From the NCBI GenBank assembly GCA_950097015.1, contig CATNEN010000007.1, positions 3,410,001 through 3,474,000 on the forward strand: a DNA stretch of 64,000 nucleotides, written 5' to 3'. Position numbers and translations under genes: made by a program. The notes below the pieces were generated by a model. It saw only the letters and a list, made by a program, of their open reading frames with translations. It was not told where the DNA came from and made no database searches. This DNA comes from Macrostomum hystrix. Lineage: Eukaryota; Animalia; Platyhelminthes. Numbering within the stretch: the first letter of the stretch is position 1; each line of letters opens with the position of its first letter. Positions 62,200 to 64,000 of this stretch are shown here, piece by piece.

Positions 62200-64000
62200 T
62201 CTATTCTTTTTCACTCAGATTCTATTCCTTCTCGGTCACATTCTATTCCCTCTCGGTCAGATTCTATTCCCTCTCGCTCAGATTCTATTCCTTCTCGCTC
62301 AGATTCTATTCCTTCTCGGTCAGATTCTATTCCCTCTCGGTCAGATTCTATTCCCTCTCGCTCAGATTATATTCCTTCTCGCTCAGATTCTATTCCTTCT
62401 CGGTCAGATTCTATTCCCTCTCGTCAGGTTCTATTCCTTCTCGGTCAGATTCTATTCCCTCTCGCTCAGATTATATTCCTTCTCGCTCAGATTCTATTCC
62501 TTCTCGCTCAGATTCTATTCCTTCTCGGTCAGATTCTATTCCCTCTCGTCAGGTTCTATTCCTTCTCGGTCAGATTCTATTCCCTCTCGCTCAGATTATA
62601 TTCCTTCTCGCTCAGATTCTATTCTTTCTCGCTCAGATTCTATTCCTTCTCGGTCAGATTCTATTCCCTCTCGTCAGGTTCTATTCCTTCTCGGTCAGAT
62701 TCTATTCCCTCTCGCTCAGATTATATTCCTTCTCGCTCAGATTCTATTCCTTCTCGCTTAGATTCTATTCCTTCTCGGTCAGATTCTATTCCCTCTCGTC
62801 AGGTTCTATTCCTTCTCGGTCAGATTCTATTCCCTCTCGCTCAGATTATATTCCCTCTCGGTCAGATTATATTCCCTCTCGCTCAGATTCTATTCCCTCT
62901 CGCTCAGATTCTATTCCTTCTCGCTCAGATTCTATTCCTTCTCGCTCAGATTCTATTCCTTCTCGGTCAGATTCTATTCCCTCTCGTCAGGTTCTATTCC
63001 TTCTCGGTCAGATTCTATTCCCTCTCGCTCAGATTATATTCCCTCTCGGTCAGATTCTATTCCCTCTCGGTCAGATTCTATTCCCTCTCGCTCAGATTCT
63101 ATTCCTTCTCGCTCAGATTCTATTCCCTCTCGTTCAGATTCTATTCCTTCTCGGTCAGATTCTATTCCCTCTCGGTCAGATTCTATTCCTTCTCGGTCAG
63201 ATTCTATTCCCTCTCGCTCAGATTATATTCCTTCTCGCTCAGATTCTATTCCTTCTCGCTCAGATTCTATTCCTTCTCGGTCAGATTCTATTCCCTCTCG
63301 TCAGGTTCTATTCCTTCTCGGTCAGATTCTATTCCCTCTCGCTCAGATTATATTCCTTCTCGCTCAGATTCTATTCCTTCTCGCTCAGATTCTATTCCTT
63401 CTCGGTCAGATTCTATTCCCTCTCGTCAGGTTCTATTCCTTCTCGGTCAGATTCTATTCCCTCTCGCTCAGATTATATTCCCTCTCGGTCAGATTCTATT
63501 CCCTCTCGCTCAGATTCTATTCCCTCTCGCTCAGATTCTATTCCTTCTCGCTCAGATTCTATTCCTTCTCGGTCAGATTCTATTCCCTCTCGGTCAGATT
63601 CTATTCCCTCTCGCTCAGATTCTATTCCTTCTCGGTCAGATTCTATTCCCTCTCGTCAGGTTCTATTCCTTCTCGGTCAGATTCTATTCCCTCTCGTTCA
63701 GATTCTATTCCCTCTCGGTCAGATTCTATTCCTTCTCGCTCAGATTCTATTCCTTCTCGGTCAGATTCTATTCCCTCTCGGTCAGATTCTATTCCCTCTC
63801 GCTCAGATTATATTCCTTCTCGCTCAGATTCTATTCCTTCTCGGTCAGATTCTATTCCCTCTCGTCAGGTTCTATTCCTTCTCGGTCAGATTCTATTCCC
63901 TCTCGCTCAGATTATATTCCTTCTCGCTCAGATTCTATTCCTTCTCGCTCAGATTCTATTCCTTCTCGGTCAGATTCTATTCCCTCTCGTCAGGTTCTAT
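62200..64000. repeat. 21-bp satellite (AGATTCTATTCC(C/T)TCTCG(G/C)TC)n with 125-bp higher-order period; runs off the window
   Basis: A 20-bp variant unit (tcgtcaggtt) recurs at 62421, 62546, 62671 and 62796. Confidence 0.93.

Overview
Eukaryotic (animal) genomic DNA: GC-rich exons sit in AT-rich introns and intergenic DNA, and roughly a third or more of the window is minisatellite. The style resembles a free-living flatworm such as Macrostomum, but the species is my inference only. Minus strand: the first three coding exons of an inositol 1,4,5-trisphosphate receptor (continuing off the left edge, with a GC-AG intron whose donor is tandemly triplicated) and, just upstream, a complete six-exon whirlin-like gene (HHD-PDZ1-PDZ2-HHD-PDZ3, about 800 aa). 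Plus strand: an anion-selective Cys-loop receptor locus (GluCl/GlyR-like). It has TWO paralogous large first exons (signal peptide + ligand-binding domain + M1 + M2; 37305-38248 and 49561-50570) but only ONE frame-compatible M3-M4 exon (54397-54904). This suggests a variable-exon/constant-exon architecture and is the most interesting observation in the window. Mobile DNA includes a young Ty3/Gypsy LTR element (identical 176-bp LTRs, TAGT TSD, tRNA-Leu PBS, -1 frameshift heptamer plus pseudoknot) lacking integrase through an in-frame deletion. There are also two inverted copies of a 3.5-3.7 kb non-autonomous Helitron-like element carrying two internal minisatellites, a hAT-type MITE with an internal array, tRNA/CORE-like SINE copies and a decayed LINE. 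Most ORFs in the supplied track are artefacts of tandem repeats or antisense shadows of GC-rich exons.
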